From IMG/VR virus record IMGVR_UViG_3300022562_000719, positions 1-53,954 of that record: a stretch of 53,954 nt of DNA. One strand, given 5' to 3'. Both the position numbers and the translations under genes were made by a program. A model generated the notes under the pieces. It was not told where the DNA came from. It saw nothing but the letters and a program-made list of their open reading frames with translations, and searched no databases. This document shows, one piece after another, positions 34,287-44,561 of this stretch; the stretch's first letter is position 1; every line of letters starts with the position of its first letter. The DNA is from a virus. Taxonomy: Duplodnaviria; Caudoviricetes.

Positions 34287-34694
34287 TTACTTTTCCTTGA
34301 GGTTCAATTGCCAGCCAGTCTTGCCTTCGTAGTCGTCACGCGTCGTGTTCCAGTTCAGCAGCTTCGTTTCTACATAGAGAGTTCCGTCGCTCTGATTAAC
34401 CGGACCCATTCCAGGCTCAAACACGCAGGTGATATCCGTCCCCTGTCGTATGCCAGTGAGCACTGGCGGATCAAAGTCGCTACAACTGATCGTTATCGCC
34501 AGCTTGTCATAAGCTGGGTTTGACCAGTCCATCAGATTGCCGTCCACGTCGTAAGGCAAATTGTCACCCTGACGCGGAGTAATAGCGCAGTTAAGACCGC
34601 GTATCGCGTAGTCGCCAAGATCGATGCCAGTAATCGAACGCAGCAAACGCTGGAAAGTATTCGGACCAGGATTGGTTGACGTATATATTCCCAT
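34287..34694 (-). CDS. Distal-tail-like protein
   Basis: Immediately after the tape measure; ends WQLNLKEK. Confidence 0.55.
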   Translation of the reverse strand: MGIYTSTNPGPNTFQRLLRSITGIDLGDYAIRGLNCAITPRQGDNLPYDVDGNLMDWSNPAYDKLAITISCSDFDPPVLTGIRQGTDITCVFEPGMGPVNQSDGTLYVETKLLNWNTTRDDYEGKTGWQLNLKEK

Positions 34695-37540
34695 CAGCGC
34701 CTCGTGCGCCAGATCGGCGGCTTGCCACCGGACGACATGAGATCGAACGCTGCCTCGCGCGAGAGCGTTTCAAGCACGCTGTCCGGAGCCGCGATGCTGC
34801 CTTTGAACCTGCCCATCGTACCGAGATCCAGCACGAACGGTCGCATGTCGCTGCTCACGCGCCCGCCCTCTGCGAACCTGTTGGTGCGCGGGCCAATGGC
34901 CTCGACCAATCCGCCGAGATTGAACCCGCGAAACAGCTCGCGCGGAATGGTCATGTTGTTGAGCGCATTCATCACATCGTAGCCGTAGTACATCGCGGCG
35001 CGCGCCCGGTGCACAAACTCACCGACCGACGTCCAAATTGGAACGGAGTCGCTAGTCGGCGTGCCCGGTCCGTAAATACGACCGCCACCTGCGAAGCCTC
35101 CGCCACCGCTCGGCACGTTCGCATTGGACGCTGCCTGCTGCACGTTCTGTATCGCCTGCAACGCGCGCTGCATGGCTGTCACGATCTGATCGGCCATACC
35201 GTTCGCGCTAGTAACTATCTGCTGGAATATCGCGTCCATAAGCCCAGGGACACCACCCCACGTGTCGGTTGCCTCTAGCGCAGCGCTATTGAACGCTGTA
35301 ACTATCTCGGAAATAGTTTTATTGATTACGTCCTTAAGAGTGTTCCACAGCGCGGTTATTTCGTCCGCAGCCTTCCTGAATGGGTCCACGATTTGCTGCG
35401 CCTGCGTTTGCAGCGCCGCCTGATCCGTAACCCCGGTCGCTCCCTTATCGACGCCAAACAGATCGATGGCAGGATGCGCAGCCTTCCACGCAGCGGACTG
35501 GAATTCAGGAGGAACGGCAGTCTCGTCGACTAGGTTCTGAACCGTCTTCAGCTTATCGATTAAGCCTTCGGTCGCCTTGGTTCTTGCCTCCGTCGCCTTG
35601 GTGCCATCGTTAAGCGCAGTCGTATAAGCGCGCTCGCCCTTCTCCAAACCCGCGTAGTCAGCGCTAGCGCTGCCGAGCTGGTCGAGCAGGTCTTTCTTGT
35701 CGCCTAGTTGTTTGTTCGCCTCGTTATCCAGGCCAAGGAACTTAAGAGCGTCACCAATAAGGTAGTCGTACAGGCTGCTTTCTTTCGCGTGCGCGATCCT
35801 GCGCTTAACAGCGTCCTCGTCCAAAGCATTCCCTAGTATCTTTATCGCTGCAACCAGCAGCAGAAGTTCTGGTCGTATCGTAACCAGCGCAGTGCGCAGC
35901 AGACCCAAACTAATAAGTAGTGCGGCTGAACTGAAATCCAGACCGAAGGTGTTCTTCATCACCTTGTCTAGATCGGTGAAAAATATACTTATCTCACGGA
36001 CTATGTTTCCAACATCACGTATCAAATCTGCCCCGGCTTGTAGGAAGAAAGGAGCAAGAGCAGCAAACGCCTCTTTGACTTTTTTCAAAACCTCAAATAG
36101 CGGTGCCCACGACGAGGAGAAGTCATGCTTGCCTGTAACCAGATTAAAGAAGTCGTAGATGATCGGCGCTACCACATCGCGCACCGACGACGCCCACGTT
36201 ACCATCGCATCACGGTTCTCCTCAATATAACGGGCGAGATCCTGAAACCCGCGTGTGAACACTGGAGCGAACAGCAACCCGAGCTGCGTGGTTATGATTT
36301 CAATATCAGTTTTAAACCCGACCCACGCGTGATGCATGGTCTCGCTTATTAGCCGGTCCTGCTCGGTGAATATCAACCCGGCTTCCTTGAGCCGGTTCAT
36401 CATCTTTTGCAGCTCACCGCTTCCTTGCGACAGAGCCTCAATGAAATCCTGCGTTACACCGCGACCGAACGCCTTGAAGGCGATGCCCATCTTTGTTGTC
36501 TGGTCTGACGTATTCTTCATGACGTCGGACAGCTTGAACAGACCGTCGATCACTTTAGGATTAGCGCTGGCCAAATCTACCAGACCACCCTTGACGTCCT
36601 TCAAACCTTCAAGGCTCTTGCCGACAGAGCCGATGACGCCCTTCAGAATATTCTCGGCGCTCAGGTTGGCGGTCTCCGACGAAACCTTGATGCCCTTCGC
36701 CATGTCGTCAACGGCTTTGATGAGTGTGTTGATGTCGTTGCGCTGATTCTCAACAGCCTTCTTCCTCACCTCCTCTTGTTTTAATATCGCCTCTGCAACG
36801 GCATTCTCTGCCTGCACTCGCTTCAACTCGGCCTGCGCGATATTGTCCGCCTGCGCAGCACGCGCGTCGGCGAGACTTTGTTCGGCTTGCTCGACAGCCA
36901 GCAGCGCTTTCCTATTTGCCAGATCCTTCTCGATAGTGGGATCGGCACCGAACCCCTGCTGCTTCCTTAAGTTTAACTGCGCCTCCTCCAGCGCAATCGT
37001 GGCGCTGGAAACAGAGTTGATGTCCTTAAGCCGCTGAGCAGTTTGGTTGCGCTCTATATTGGCTAGTTCAAATTCAGCCTTCTCGACCGCTGCGGTAGCA
37101 TCGGCCAGATCAAGCAAATCCTTCTTGGCTTTGTTAGCCGAATCGCTGATCTCCTTCTGTATCGCAGGCCAATCGGTCGCAATCCTAACCGCCAAACGCT
37201 TGAACGACGTCTCCAGTGTACTCGTGTCGACACCCAACGTCGCGAGCGTAGCGCGTAGCGCAGTCATGTTCTCAATGCTCGCGCCAGCCTGCGCGGCGAG
37301 ATCACCGAGAGACTTCACAGCCTCAGCGGACTTCTCAGCCCAGGCAGCCAGCGCGGTGCCAGTACCCACGACGGCAGCGGCGATGCCAGCGATGCCTTCG
37401 GCAAACGCCTTGAACGAATTCGTCTGCGACGCGCGCGAGATAGCCTGAAACGCCTCCTCGCCAGACTTACCGAGTTCACGGAGCTGGCTGAGGATCTCGC
37501 CGCCGCCCTCAAGCGCTATGCGTTGAAAGATCGTTGCCAT
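34694..37540 (-). CDS. Tail tape measure protein
   Basis: 948 aa, Ala-rich coiled coil, C-terminal FAGGG...GPGTPTSDSVP...GEFV. Confidence 0.9.
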   Translation of the reverse strand: MATIFQRIALEGGGEILSQLRELGKSGEEAFQAISRASQTNSFKAFAEGIAGIAAAVVGTGTALAAWAEKSAEAVKSLGDLAAQAGASIENMTALRATLATLGVDTSTLETSFKRLAVRIATDWPAIQKEISDSANKAKKDLLDLADATAAVEKAEFELANIERNQTAQRLKDINSVSSATIALEEAQLNLRKQQGFGADPTIEKDLANRKALLAVEQAEQSLADARAAQADNIAQAELKRVQAENAVAEAILKQEEVRKKAVENQRNDINTLIKAVDDMAKGIKVSSETANLSAENILKGVIGSVGKSLEGLKDVKGGLVDLASANPKVIDGLFKLSDVMKNTSDQTTKMGIAFKAFGRGVTQDFIEALSQGSGELQKMMNRLKEAGLIFTEQDRLISETMHHAWVGFKTDIEIITTQLGLLFAPVFTRGFQDLARYIEENRDAMVTWASSVRDVVAPIIYDFFNLVTGKHDFSSSWAPLFEVLKKVKEAFAALAPFFLQAGADLIRDVGNIVREISIFFTDLDKVMKNTFGLDFSSAALLISLGLLRTALVTIRPELLLLVAAIKILGNALDEDAVKRRIAHAKESSLYDYLIGDALKFLGLDNEANKQLGDKKDLLDQLGSASADYAGLEKGERAYTTALNDGTKATEARTKATEGLIDKLKTVQNLVDETAVPPEFQSAAWKAAHPAIDLFGVDKGATGVTDQAALQTQAQQIVDPFRKAADEITALWNTLKDVINKTISEIVTAFNSAALEATDTWGGVPGLMDAIFQQIVTSANGMADQIVTAMQRALQAIQNVQQAASNANVPSGGGGFAGGGRIYGPGTPTSDSVPIWTSVGEFVHRARAAMYYGYDVMNALNNMTIPRELFRGFNLGGLVEAIGPRTNRFAEGGRVSSDMRPFVLDLGTMGRFKGSIAAPDSVLETLSREAAFDLMSSGGKPPIWRTRR

Positions 37541-37541
37541 A

Positions 37542-38219
37542 TTACTTCTTTATGCTGGACTCGTAGTGCGCGCCTATCTTGTCGGCCTCGCTCTTAATTA
37601 TCTGCTCAGCATTAAACAGCTTCTTCTCCTGCGCCTGCTCGATACCGACAAACACAGGTATGACTTCGAGCGTGCCGCGCTTACCGCCTGGACCACGACG
37701 CAACTTGCCGCGCAGCTTCTTGAGCGTGATTGACGCCTTGGATATTTCGCGCCCGGTCATGCGCACCTCTGCGCCGAGCATTGGAGGGTGACCGGGGGCA
37801 ATGATCGGCACCAGCGGCCATTGCGTCGCCAGCATGAATTTGGCTGGCGTATTCAGCTTGGTGCCTTGCAAGACCGGCAGCGGCACCCACAGCAGCGGCT
37901 TGCCCTTGATAAGCTCGCCGATATCAAACACGTTCGAGTACGGGATCTTGTTGTAGACGATGCCGGCAGTCTTGACCGAGTAGCCGTTCTCTGGAAACAC
38001 CTTTGATTGCGTGGCGTTCTGCCACTTCTTGCTGAACCCGGCGCTGGCGATGTTAGCCCGCACGCCGTCGCGCGCCTTCTCCGTGGTGATCCGCATGGCG
38101 GTCGTCGCAGCCTTGGCGATGGTCTGCTGGTGCCCGTCCATCGCCTTCTGAAACGCGCCAGCTATATTCGACGCTGCGATCCGAAACGGCGTCAGGATTG
38201 GGAAGGAACCGAAACTCAT
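37542..38219 (-). CDS. Putative tail completion/neck protein
   Basis: Basic 225 aa with IKGKPLLWVPL, between the chaperone and the tape measure. Confidence 0.55.
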   Translation of the reverse strand: MSFGSFPILTPFRIAASNIAGAFQKAMDGHQQTIAKAATTAMRITTEKARDGVRANIASAGFSKKWQNATQSKVFPENGYSVKTAGIVYNKIPYSNVFDIGELIKGKPLLWVPLPVLQGTKLNTPAKFMLATQWPLVPIIAPGHPPMLGAEVRMTGREISKASITLKKLRGKLRRGPGGKRGTLEVIPVFVGIEQAQEKKLFNAEQIIKSEADKIGAHYESSIKK

Positions 38220-38587
38220 CCGGTAATTTTCCTAGCAATCATCTCCGGGTTCTTGAACGATATGCTGTGCGCGGTAGACATGATAGTGAACTGCTCCCAC
38301 GTCTCCTTGCGCTTCCTTAAGGCAGCCAGCTCGACGAATGCCATCAACTGCTTCGGCGTATATTGCCACACGTCTTTCGGCGGGTGCCCTTCTGAGATCA
38401 AGTATTCGATTCCCTCTGCGAAGGTATCGAACCAATCTAACGCGCTGCGCGGCGCAGGTTCACCTTGCCTGCCACCGTTCTGAGCTTGACGACGTCGGCC
38501 TTCGACACTTTTGGCAGCTTCTTCATTAGAGAGTTTGTTTCCTTTTGAATCCTGCCCAGGAACGCTGCAATCTCGTCGACGAAAGGG
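38216..38587 (-). CDS. -1 frameshift extension of the tail chaperone (gpGT-like)
   Basis: CCCTTTC at 38587-38581; -1 frame open to 38216 (GHPPKDVWQYTPKQL). Confidence 0.7.
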   Translation of the reverse strand, partial: PFRRRDCSVPGQDSKGNKLSNEEAAKSVEGRRRQAQNGGRQGEPAPRSALDWFDTFAEGIEYLISEGHPPKDVWQYTPKQLMAFVELAALRKRKETWEQFTIMSTAHSISFKNPEMIARKITG

Positions 38588-38916
38588 CCAATGCCATTCG
38601 GCATGGTCACCTCCGCAATCTTCTTTAGAACCGTCATCTGCTCGGTCAGGTTCATGCTGCTTGCCTTGCGCTCAACCTCCTCGTCTCCGGGATGCCCAAA
38701 CCCAGCAGCAAAGATGGCCGACACAGTCTCTGTTCCGAAGGCAAAAATATCCTTCAGCTCAATTGCCTCAGCCTCCCTGTCCATAAGTGCGCTAAACGCA
38801 GGAAAGCGCGACAACAGCATTGCCGCACCTTCCAACGACACGCCTGGAACGCTTACCTGCTTACCCCACAGCGGCACGGTCTCGAAAGACGGTGCTACGT
38901 CCTTGAAGTCATCCAT
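38437..38916 (-). CDS. Tail assembly chaperone (gpG-like)
   Basis: Follows the tail tube gene; contains slippery C CCT TTC. Confidence 0.75.
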   Translation of the reverse strand: MDDFKDVAPSFETVPLWGKQVSVPGVSLEGAAMLLSRFPAFSALMDREAEAIELKDIFAFGTETVSAIFAAGFGHPGDEEVERKASSMNLTEQMTVLKKIAEVTMPNGIGPFVDEIAAFLGRIQKETNSLMKKLPKVSKADVVKLRTVAGKVNLRRAAR

Positions 38917-38950
38917 GTTGAGCTACTCCCTGTCATGCTGGATTTATTTT

Positions 38951-39469
38951 TTATACCGCCTTCGGTGGGAACGAGAGCTTGCCGAAGCAGTTCTGATACT
39001 TCTCAACCTTTGCGCTGATCGGGATCTCGGCGTAGTTATCGGTCGCCTCCAGCAAGCTGATCGAACCGGACGGCGTCAGCGTCACCTGCCCGATCCAGTA
39101 CATGCGCGTGCCGATCTCCGACGTGCCATCGATCTCAAGGATGCCCTTGAACTGCGTCTTGGTAAGACCCTTCAATTCAGGATAACCAGCAGTGTTGGTG
39201 GTGACATCGCTCAGAAAGATGTAAGCGGCATTCTCCGGCACGATCTCGTCGAGCACGAAGTCAACCTTCGCGCCGACCTGCGTAACCGGCTCATAATCGA
39301 CTGTAGCGACGCCCTCGCGTCCGCTGACGTGCGGCTTGGTCTGCACCGACGGTGTGTAATTGAAACTTTTACAATTGCCAACGTCGCGCCGGTTGTTGGT
39401 GCCGTCTTCCGTGAAGTAGACGATGCCCTTTGCAATTGTGTAGTTCTGGACTGACGGAGGTGTAGTCAT
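38951..39469 (-). CDS. Major tail tube protein
   Basis: NYTIAKGIVYF...RDVGN...; strong AAGGAG RBS. Confidence 0.75.
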   Translation of the reverse strand: MTTPPSVQNYTIAKGIVYFTEDGTNNRRDVGNCKSFNYTPSVQTKPHVSGREGVATVDYEPVTQVGAKVDFVLDEIVPENAAYIFLSDVTTNTAGYPELKGLTKTQFKGILEIDGTSEIGTRMYWIGQVTLTPSGSISLLEATDNYAEIPISAKVEKYQNCFGKLSFPPKAV

Positions 39470-39492
39470 TTTGGATTGCTCCTTGGTTTCTG

Positions 39493-39975
39493 CTACAAGA
39501 GGTCAGCAGGGTTGAACGGATAACCGATCTCAAAGTTTAGCTGCATGTCCGTGCCAAGCAGCGATCCGCGCGAATACTTCGTGGCAAATCCCTCGTAGGA
39601 GATGTAGCCAAGCGACGCCCCGTAGCGGACGTTGGGAGCGTTAGTGATGAGCGTTCTAAGCGTGGTGTCGTTCAGCAGCGCCGGCACGATGAGTGCGCGC
39701 AGCGCGTTGATCTTGGTGCCGAGCTGATCAGGCGTCGTGCCGATGCCGCCAAGCACGAGCGGTTCCATGAGCAGCATACCCGGCATCATTCCTATCGCTT
39801 TATCCCGTGCGTTCGGAGGACGCAGTTCATCGCCGTCAAGTAGCACTAGATAATTCTCGCCGGTCTTTTGCAACTCATTCAAGTCAACGACGCCACGACC
39901 GAGAAAGCCTGACTTTTTAATTCCCTTGAGGACATTGTACATCCCAACTAGGATGCCCTCGCGACGGTCATACAT
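39493..39975 (-). CDS. Tail terminator-like protein
   Basis: MYDRRE.IL start; position before the tail tube gene. Confidence 0.55.
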   Translation of the reverse strand: MYDRREGILVGMYNVLKGIKKSGFLGRGVVDLNELQKTGENYLVLLDGDELRPPNARDKAIGMMPGMLLMEPLVLGGIGTTPDQLGTKINALRALIVPALLNDTTLRTLITNAPNVRYGASLGYISYEGFATKYSRGSLLGTDMQLNFEIGYPFNPADLL

Positions 39976-40324
39976 CGGCGTCGTCCCGCAAGAGCAGTAG
40001 TGCCTCGCCGTCGTCGATACCGTTCAGCGTCGGATGCGGCTCCCAGTTGCCGATGGTCCAAATCTTACCGTTCATCACGAGTTGCCCGTCCTTGATATCG
40101 TCGCGCAGCGATAGATCCAGGTCAAGGATCTCCTTCATGCGCACCATCGCGGCAGGCTTGAACGTCGTGACCTCCACAGGTCCGAAGCTCGGATAGGTGA
40201 GCTGCGCAGTCTTGTCGATCACGGTCACGTCGTGCCGCTTGCGCCTAGTAGTAACGATGGTCGCCGGCACGCCCATGCGATCGTATGCCACGTCAAATAA
40301 CTTCTCTTGATAATCAATTGGCAT
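39968..40324 (-). CDS. Head-tail joining protein (gpFII-like)
   Basis: Size, position, GVPAT motif. Confidence 0.55.
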   Translation of the reverse strand: MPIDYQEKLFDVAYDRMGVPATIVTTRRKRHDVTVIDKTAQLTYPSFGPVEVTTFKPAAMVRMKEILDLDLSLRDDIKDGQLVMNGKIWTIGNWEPHPTLNGIDDGEALLLLRDDADV

Positions 40325-40877
40325 CAGCTTTCCCCAGTCCGGATGCCGGCGATGAACGGGAACTCCCAGTGCGCGATGCGCTCGTAGTTAGTGTCGCTCG
40401 CGTTTATATCGATGATGGCTGTATACTCCTCGCCGTCTTCCAAGCTGAGGGACGCGGAAAGCGCCACGACGTAGTTACCAGCACCGAGCGACGTCATAAC
40501 CAGTGGCCACGCCTCGCCGGAAACTTCATCAGCACCTTTCTTGATCGTAACGGTCACGGTCTGCCCAACCAGCGGCGTGTCGTTAATCGTCTCCTTCACA
40601 TCAGACAGGAGCAGATTGTTCGTGTTGGCGACGTAGGCCAAGGCCATTTGAGCCATTAACCGCACTCCTGCATGTCTGGCGTCCCGTCTATAGGCTGCTG
40701 CACTTCTATGTTCCCGCCGTCGTAATACGGAGCCACTGACAGCGCGCTATCGATCATCGGGATGAAACTGATGCCGGCGCACACCAGCCAGCCATGACGC
40801 GTGATCGGGTTAGCTCCTACCTTTGGAAAAAGATATTTGGTAAAGAGCCTATGCGGGAAAAGGCGTTCAGGAAACAT
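40324..40877 (-). CDS. Two small virion-region proteins (40324-40665, 40656-40877)
   Basis: Coupled ORFs; 40656-40877 starts MFPERLFPHRLF. Confidence 0.55.
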
Positions 40878-42095
40878 TTAGGTTGGATCCAAAACGACCG
40901 CTGTACGATTGCCATCAGCGTCGGCATCCACAATCAATCTGTTTTTCATGTCATTAGTGTCGCGCGTTATAACCTGCGGCGTTGCCGCGCCACTTAGTTT
41001 GCCGCAGAGCGCTGACAACACTAGGCGATGACAATCGCGTTCAGTTATTCCTAATTCCACACCATTAGCCTTAGTAAATTTAGCCTCTGCAATGCTATCG
41101 CGCTCTCCAGCCTCTAGCGTCATTGCATCTCCCGCCACTGCTCTGCTTGAAATCGCCGCGTCTAGATTAGCCAGCCGCGTATCGCCAATAGCAGTAAGCG
41201 CCGCGCCTCCCGTTCCGATAAGAGAGCCGATGGCATTGACTGCGGTTATAATGTCAGACTGGTCAGCAGGGTCAATTGGCAAGTTATCCGTTTTAGCTTT
41301 AATCGCTAATATGTCCGCATTATCGGGCGCGGTATAATCCGCAGCGGCAAGCCGCGAAGACATAGCCGCGTCGAGATTAGCCAGCCGCGTATCGCCCAGC
41401 GCTGTTAGACCTGCGCCCGCCGTCCCCACCTGCGCCGCAAGGCTTGTTAATGTTGCTTCATTCGCAGGATCATTTGGCAAATTATCCGTCTTTAATTTTA
41501 TAGCATCATCCACAGCTTGAACAGCCGCAATATCAGCAGAGATAGAAACACCAGTTGGCGCTCCTAATCGCGCAAAAGCATCACCAGTCATAGCGGGCGC
41601 TGTGGAGGACTTCCAATCTATGACATTACAGTCTATTTGATTCGCAACCGTAAAGGCCATCTTATCAGTTTGAGTTTTAATTGCAGCGCTATCGGACTTA
41701 ATAGAATCCATATCAAGCCCGCCCGCGTCACTTATCGGCAAACCTCCAGCCGCGTCTGGCGCCGCATTAGGCAAGGCAGTTAAGCCCAGCCTCACCGCGT
41801 CAGCAGGATTAAATGAAACAATTTGCGCAGCTTTACCATCATATGGGTCTGCGCCAGTTGCTGTAGCGTGCAAAAGAATCTCACCAAGCGTATTTGTGTC
41901 AGTAGAATTGCCTGCGACTTTATACCAACCATTCCCTATTTCAGTAACAGCGCCAGATGGCGCGGCAAAAGAAGCACCAGCCTTTGATATTGTTACAGTA
42001 GGACTTAATCCAGTTTTACCTGTAATGTGATCAGAGCTATCAACCATTAGGAATGTTAAAGGAGTCCCAGATGAACTTTGAAGTATGAGCAACAT
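40878..42095 (-). CDS. Fibre-like structural protein with internal repeats
   Basis: Ig-like N-terminus; repeated IKxKTDNLPxDPA and GDTRLANLDAAxSSR. Confidence 0.65.
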   Translation of the reverse strand: MLLILQSSSGTPLTFLMVDSSDHITGKTGLSPTVTISKAGASFAAPSGAVTEIGNGWYKVAGNSTDTNTLGEILLHATATGADPYDGKAAQIVSFNPADAVRLGLTALPNAAPDAAGGLPISDAGGLDMDSIKSDSAAIKTQTDKMAFTVANQIDCNVIDWKSSTAPAMTGDAFARLGAPTGVSISADIAAVQAVDDAIKLKTDNLPNDPANEATLTSLAAQVGTAGAGLTALGDTRLANLDAAMSSRLAAADYTAPDNADILAIKAKTDNLPIDPADQSDIITAVNAIGSLIGTGGAALTAIGDTRLANLDAAISSRAVAGDAMTLEAGERDSIAEAKFTKANGVELGITERDCHRLVLSALCGKLSGAATPQVITRDTNDMKNRLIVDADADGNRTAVVLDPT

Positions 42096-43031
42096 TTATA
42101 CCCCCAACTGTCGTGAACCGATTCGCGGCGCGATTGAACGCCTAGCAAAAACGCTACCACCAGCAACAGGAGAAGCAATCATCATCATAAGCGGCAAACT
42201 ATTAAATCCATCATCCGTAAACGTAACAGAGCTACCACTTGCCTCTCCGCTACAGGATGAGCGAAAGCGCGAATACAAACCACTTGTATCAGTGTTACAA
42301 TAAACTCCCAAAACATATTCCCCTGAATCCGGCACAGTGTAAGGAGAATCAAGCGCAACAGATTCCCAGCCTGTCGCTCCGTGCGTGAAATTTTTACTCG
42401 CAACAACGTCATAATTTGTAGTTGAATTGCGCTTCAAAAGCTTAACTGTTTTTGATCCGCCATAAACACTATAGAGCCCAATCGAGTTAACAATCAAACC
42501 TCTAAAAATTAAATCATTATCAACAGAAGTATATCCAGTATAGCCATGCGTGAGTGATCCCACCTCCGCCGCCCTACATGTTGTTGAATCTGCTATTGCT
42601 GATAATTCAAATCTAAAGCATGGTGCAAAAATAGCGTCTTCACTATACCCAGTTGCACTACCTGTTTGATCGCCTGCTTTATAGCCGCGTGGATTGTTTG
42701 ACGTGTTAGTTGCATAATATCGCATGTTGGTTGCGAAATAAGCCCCCAAAACGATATCACCGCTTGCAGGTGTCGTATAAGGGGATGACAGGGTGAAGTC
42801 TTCCCAGCCAGTGCCTCCGTGCGATATGCTCTGATCATATAATACAGTGTAATCACCTGCGCCATTTCGCTGCCCAACCTTCGCTTTGCCAGAAAACGCT
42901 AGTGATGAATAAACCCCAACCTTGGTAATGGTCGCGCTGTTTTCAACAAACTTTGTGCGCTCAAATGCCGTATAACCAGCATAGCCAGCCGAATTAACTA
43001 CAGGCTGGGGCGAGGTGTCTAGTAAATACAT
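42096..43031 (-). CDS. Tandem two-domain beta-sandwich protein (putative glycan binding)
   Basis: Two copies of GYxGYT...HGxTGWE...L.SPYT.P.SG..VLGxY. Confidence 0.6.
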   Translation of the reverse strand: MYLLDTSPQPVVNSAGYAGYTAFERTKFVENSATITKVGVYSSLAFSGKAKVGQRNGAGDYTVLYDQSISHGGTGWEDFTLSSPYTTPASGDIVLGAYFATNMRYYATNTSNNPRGYKAGDQTGSATGYSEDAIFAPCFRFELSAIADSTTCRAAEVGSLTHGYTGYTSVDNDLIFRGLIVNSIGLYSVYGGSKTVKLLKRNSTTNYDVVASKNFTHGATGWESVALDSPYTVPDSGEYVLGVYCNTDTSGLYSRFRSSCSGEASGSSVTFTDDGFNSLPLMMMIASPVAGGSVFARRSIAPRIGSRQLGV

Positions 43032-43141
43032 CTCAATCCCAATATCACGCAAAAATCATTTGATATTCAGGGGCGCGGGCTGGGGAAGCGAGCATGACCG
43101 TTGCGGCGTTTAACATTTTTATTGTCCACAAGACAGTCATA

Positions 43142-43897
43142 TCAGTTCCAATGCTGCTTCACGATTGAATTGGCTGGAATCTCCCAAGGCTTCGGCTTAC
43201 CGTGAAAGAAAACGATGCGCGCATTATCTGGCATCGCCCTGTCCTGCACGTCGAACCGATACGACAATACGCCGTCCTCGCGCGTCCACATCTTCTCGCC
43301 GTTGAGCTGCCGCGACACCCATGCCTGATCGCTGCCGCAGCGGTGCTCCCGCATCACAGTCATCGGCGAGGTCTTCCGGTCGAACGTCTCCCACACCTGC
43401 GCCCGCGCTCCTGCGTTCATCAGAACCATGCTCGTGTTGTACTTGAATCGGTCAGGCTTGGATCTGGCAAGCACATCTTCCCAAACAACGAAGTCATCGT
43501 CGTAGCGGTCGAGCAGAGGGTCAAGTGATCCGCAAATAACCGCATCCAGATCGATAACGCATAGGCGCTCACCAAACAATTCAGCCGCGTCAGGTCTAAA
43601 AGCAGCGAGTTTCGGAAAGGCATTGCCGTACCTGATTAGTTCCTTCTCCAGCGGAGCAACCCGAATGCCGGCATCCAAGCCAGCAGCGTCGTCTGTCGCG
43701 CACACCAGCTCATGCGGCAGGGACAGGTTCCGGTCGATCATCCGCCGCAAGACGTTCACGTGCTTCGACTGGTACTTGTTGCCCCAGCGGAAGCACAGGA
43801 ACGTGATCGGCGCTCTCGTCCCACGCGCGGGCGAGCCACTTGCAGCGCGCTCTGAGCACGGGATCTGCCGGGTTGAATCGATCGTGGAATGAAACAA
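43142..43897 (-). CDS. GT-A fold glycosyltransferase
   Basis: RWGNKY, CATDD, IDLD (DxD), NTS, GSDQAW, FHGKPKPW. Confidence 0.8.
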   Translation of the reverse strand: MFHSTIDSTRQIPCSERAASGSPARGTRAPITFLCFRWGNKYQSKHVNVLRRMIDRNLSLPHELVCATDDAAGLDAGIRVAPLEKELIRYGNAFPKLAAFRPDAAELFGERLCVIDLDAVICGSLDPLLDRYDDDFVVWEDVLARSKPDRFKYNTSMVLMNAGARAQVWETFDRKTSPMTVMREHRCGSDQAWVSRQLNGEKMWTREDGVLSYRFDVQDRAMPDNARIVFFHGKPKPWEIPANSIVKQHWN

Positions 43898-44561
43898 GTT
43901 TGACTCCCTGTCCTAGCTCGTCGCCCTGGCACTCTTTCGGGTCATCGCGAAACGCATAGATGCCGTCCTGCTTGCCGAACGTCGGTGGGTCACTGTCGTT
44001 CTTGTAGGTCAAGTGCGCAATGACCGCCTGATCGCTGCCGACCCAGCCGCACGCCTTGGCAGCAATGGCTGTGAACTCTTTTCTCTTTTTGAATTCGAGC
44101 CACACATGCTCCATCGCTCCGGTGTCCATCAGGATGAGCGATGTGTTCAGCGCAAAGTTCCTGTATCTACCTTGCGAGTGGCTGCGCCAAATAATGAACG
44201 GCTCGGTGCGCTTGGCAATGTGCGAGATGTCGCCGGTCACCACCATGTCGAGGTCTAGCTGCATTATACGCGAACCGAAGTAGCCCTTCATCTCACGCGA
44301 GAACAAACGCAGCCGCCTGTAATTTGGCTTGAGCAAGATCCCGCTGTCCGAGTAATGTGGGCGACCGCAAGATACACTGTTGATATCTACGACTCGAATT
44401 TCCTTGTTCAGCCCGACCGGGTCATCAGTCGCGCAGTAATAATTGAACGGCACACCCATGAACCGCTTTAGTTGATTGTACTGGCGGTTTACCTGCTCAG
44501 ATGTGTAGTCAATCCAGCCAACCTTGTTCTTCCACTTCCAAACCACGACGCTAAGCGGCAT
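43710..44561 (-). CDS. GT-A fold glycosyltransferase (paralogue)
   Basis: WKW...Y, CATDD, LDLD, NTS, GSDQA. Confidence 0.8.
   Translation of the reverse strand: MPLSVVVWKWKNKVGWIDYTSEQVNRQYNQLKRFMGVPFNYYCATDDPVGLNKEIRVVDINSVSCGRPHYSDSGILLKPNYRRLRLFSREMKGYFGSRIMQLDLDMVVTGDISHIAKRTEPFIIWRSHSQGRYRNFALNTSLILMDTGAMEHVWLEFKKRKEFTAIAAKACGWVGSDQAVIAHLTYKNDSDPPTFGKQDGIYAFRDDPKECQGDELGQGVKLVSFHDRFNPADPVLRARCKWLARAWDESADHVPVLPLGQQVPVEARERLAADDRPEPVPAA

Noticed and set aside
38591-39454. Long antisense ORFs (e.g. 38591-39454, 46781-47446, 34676-35278)
   Set aside because: They are shadows of GC-rich genes on the opposite strand with no independent features.
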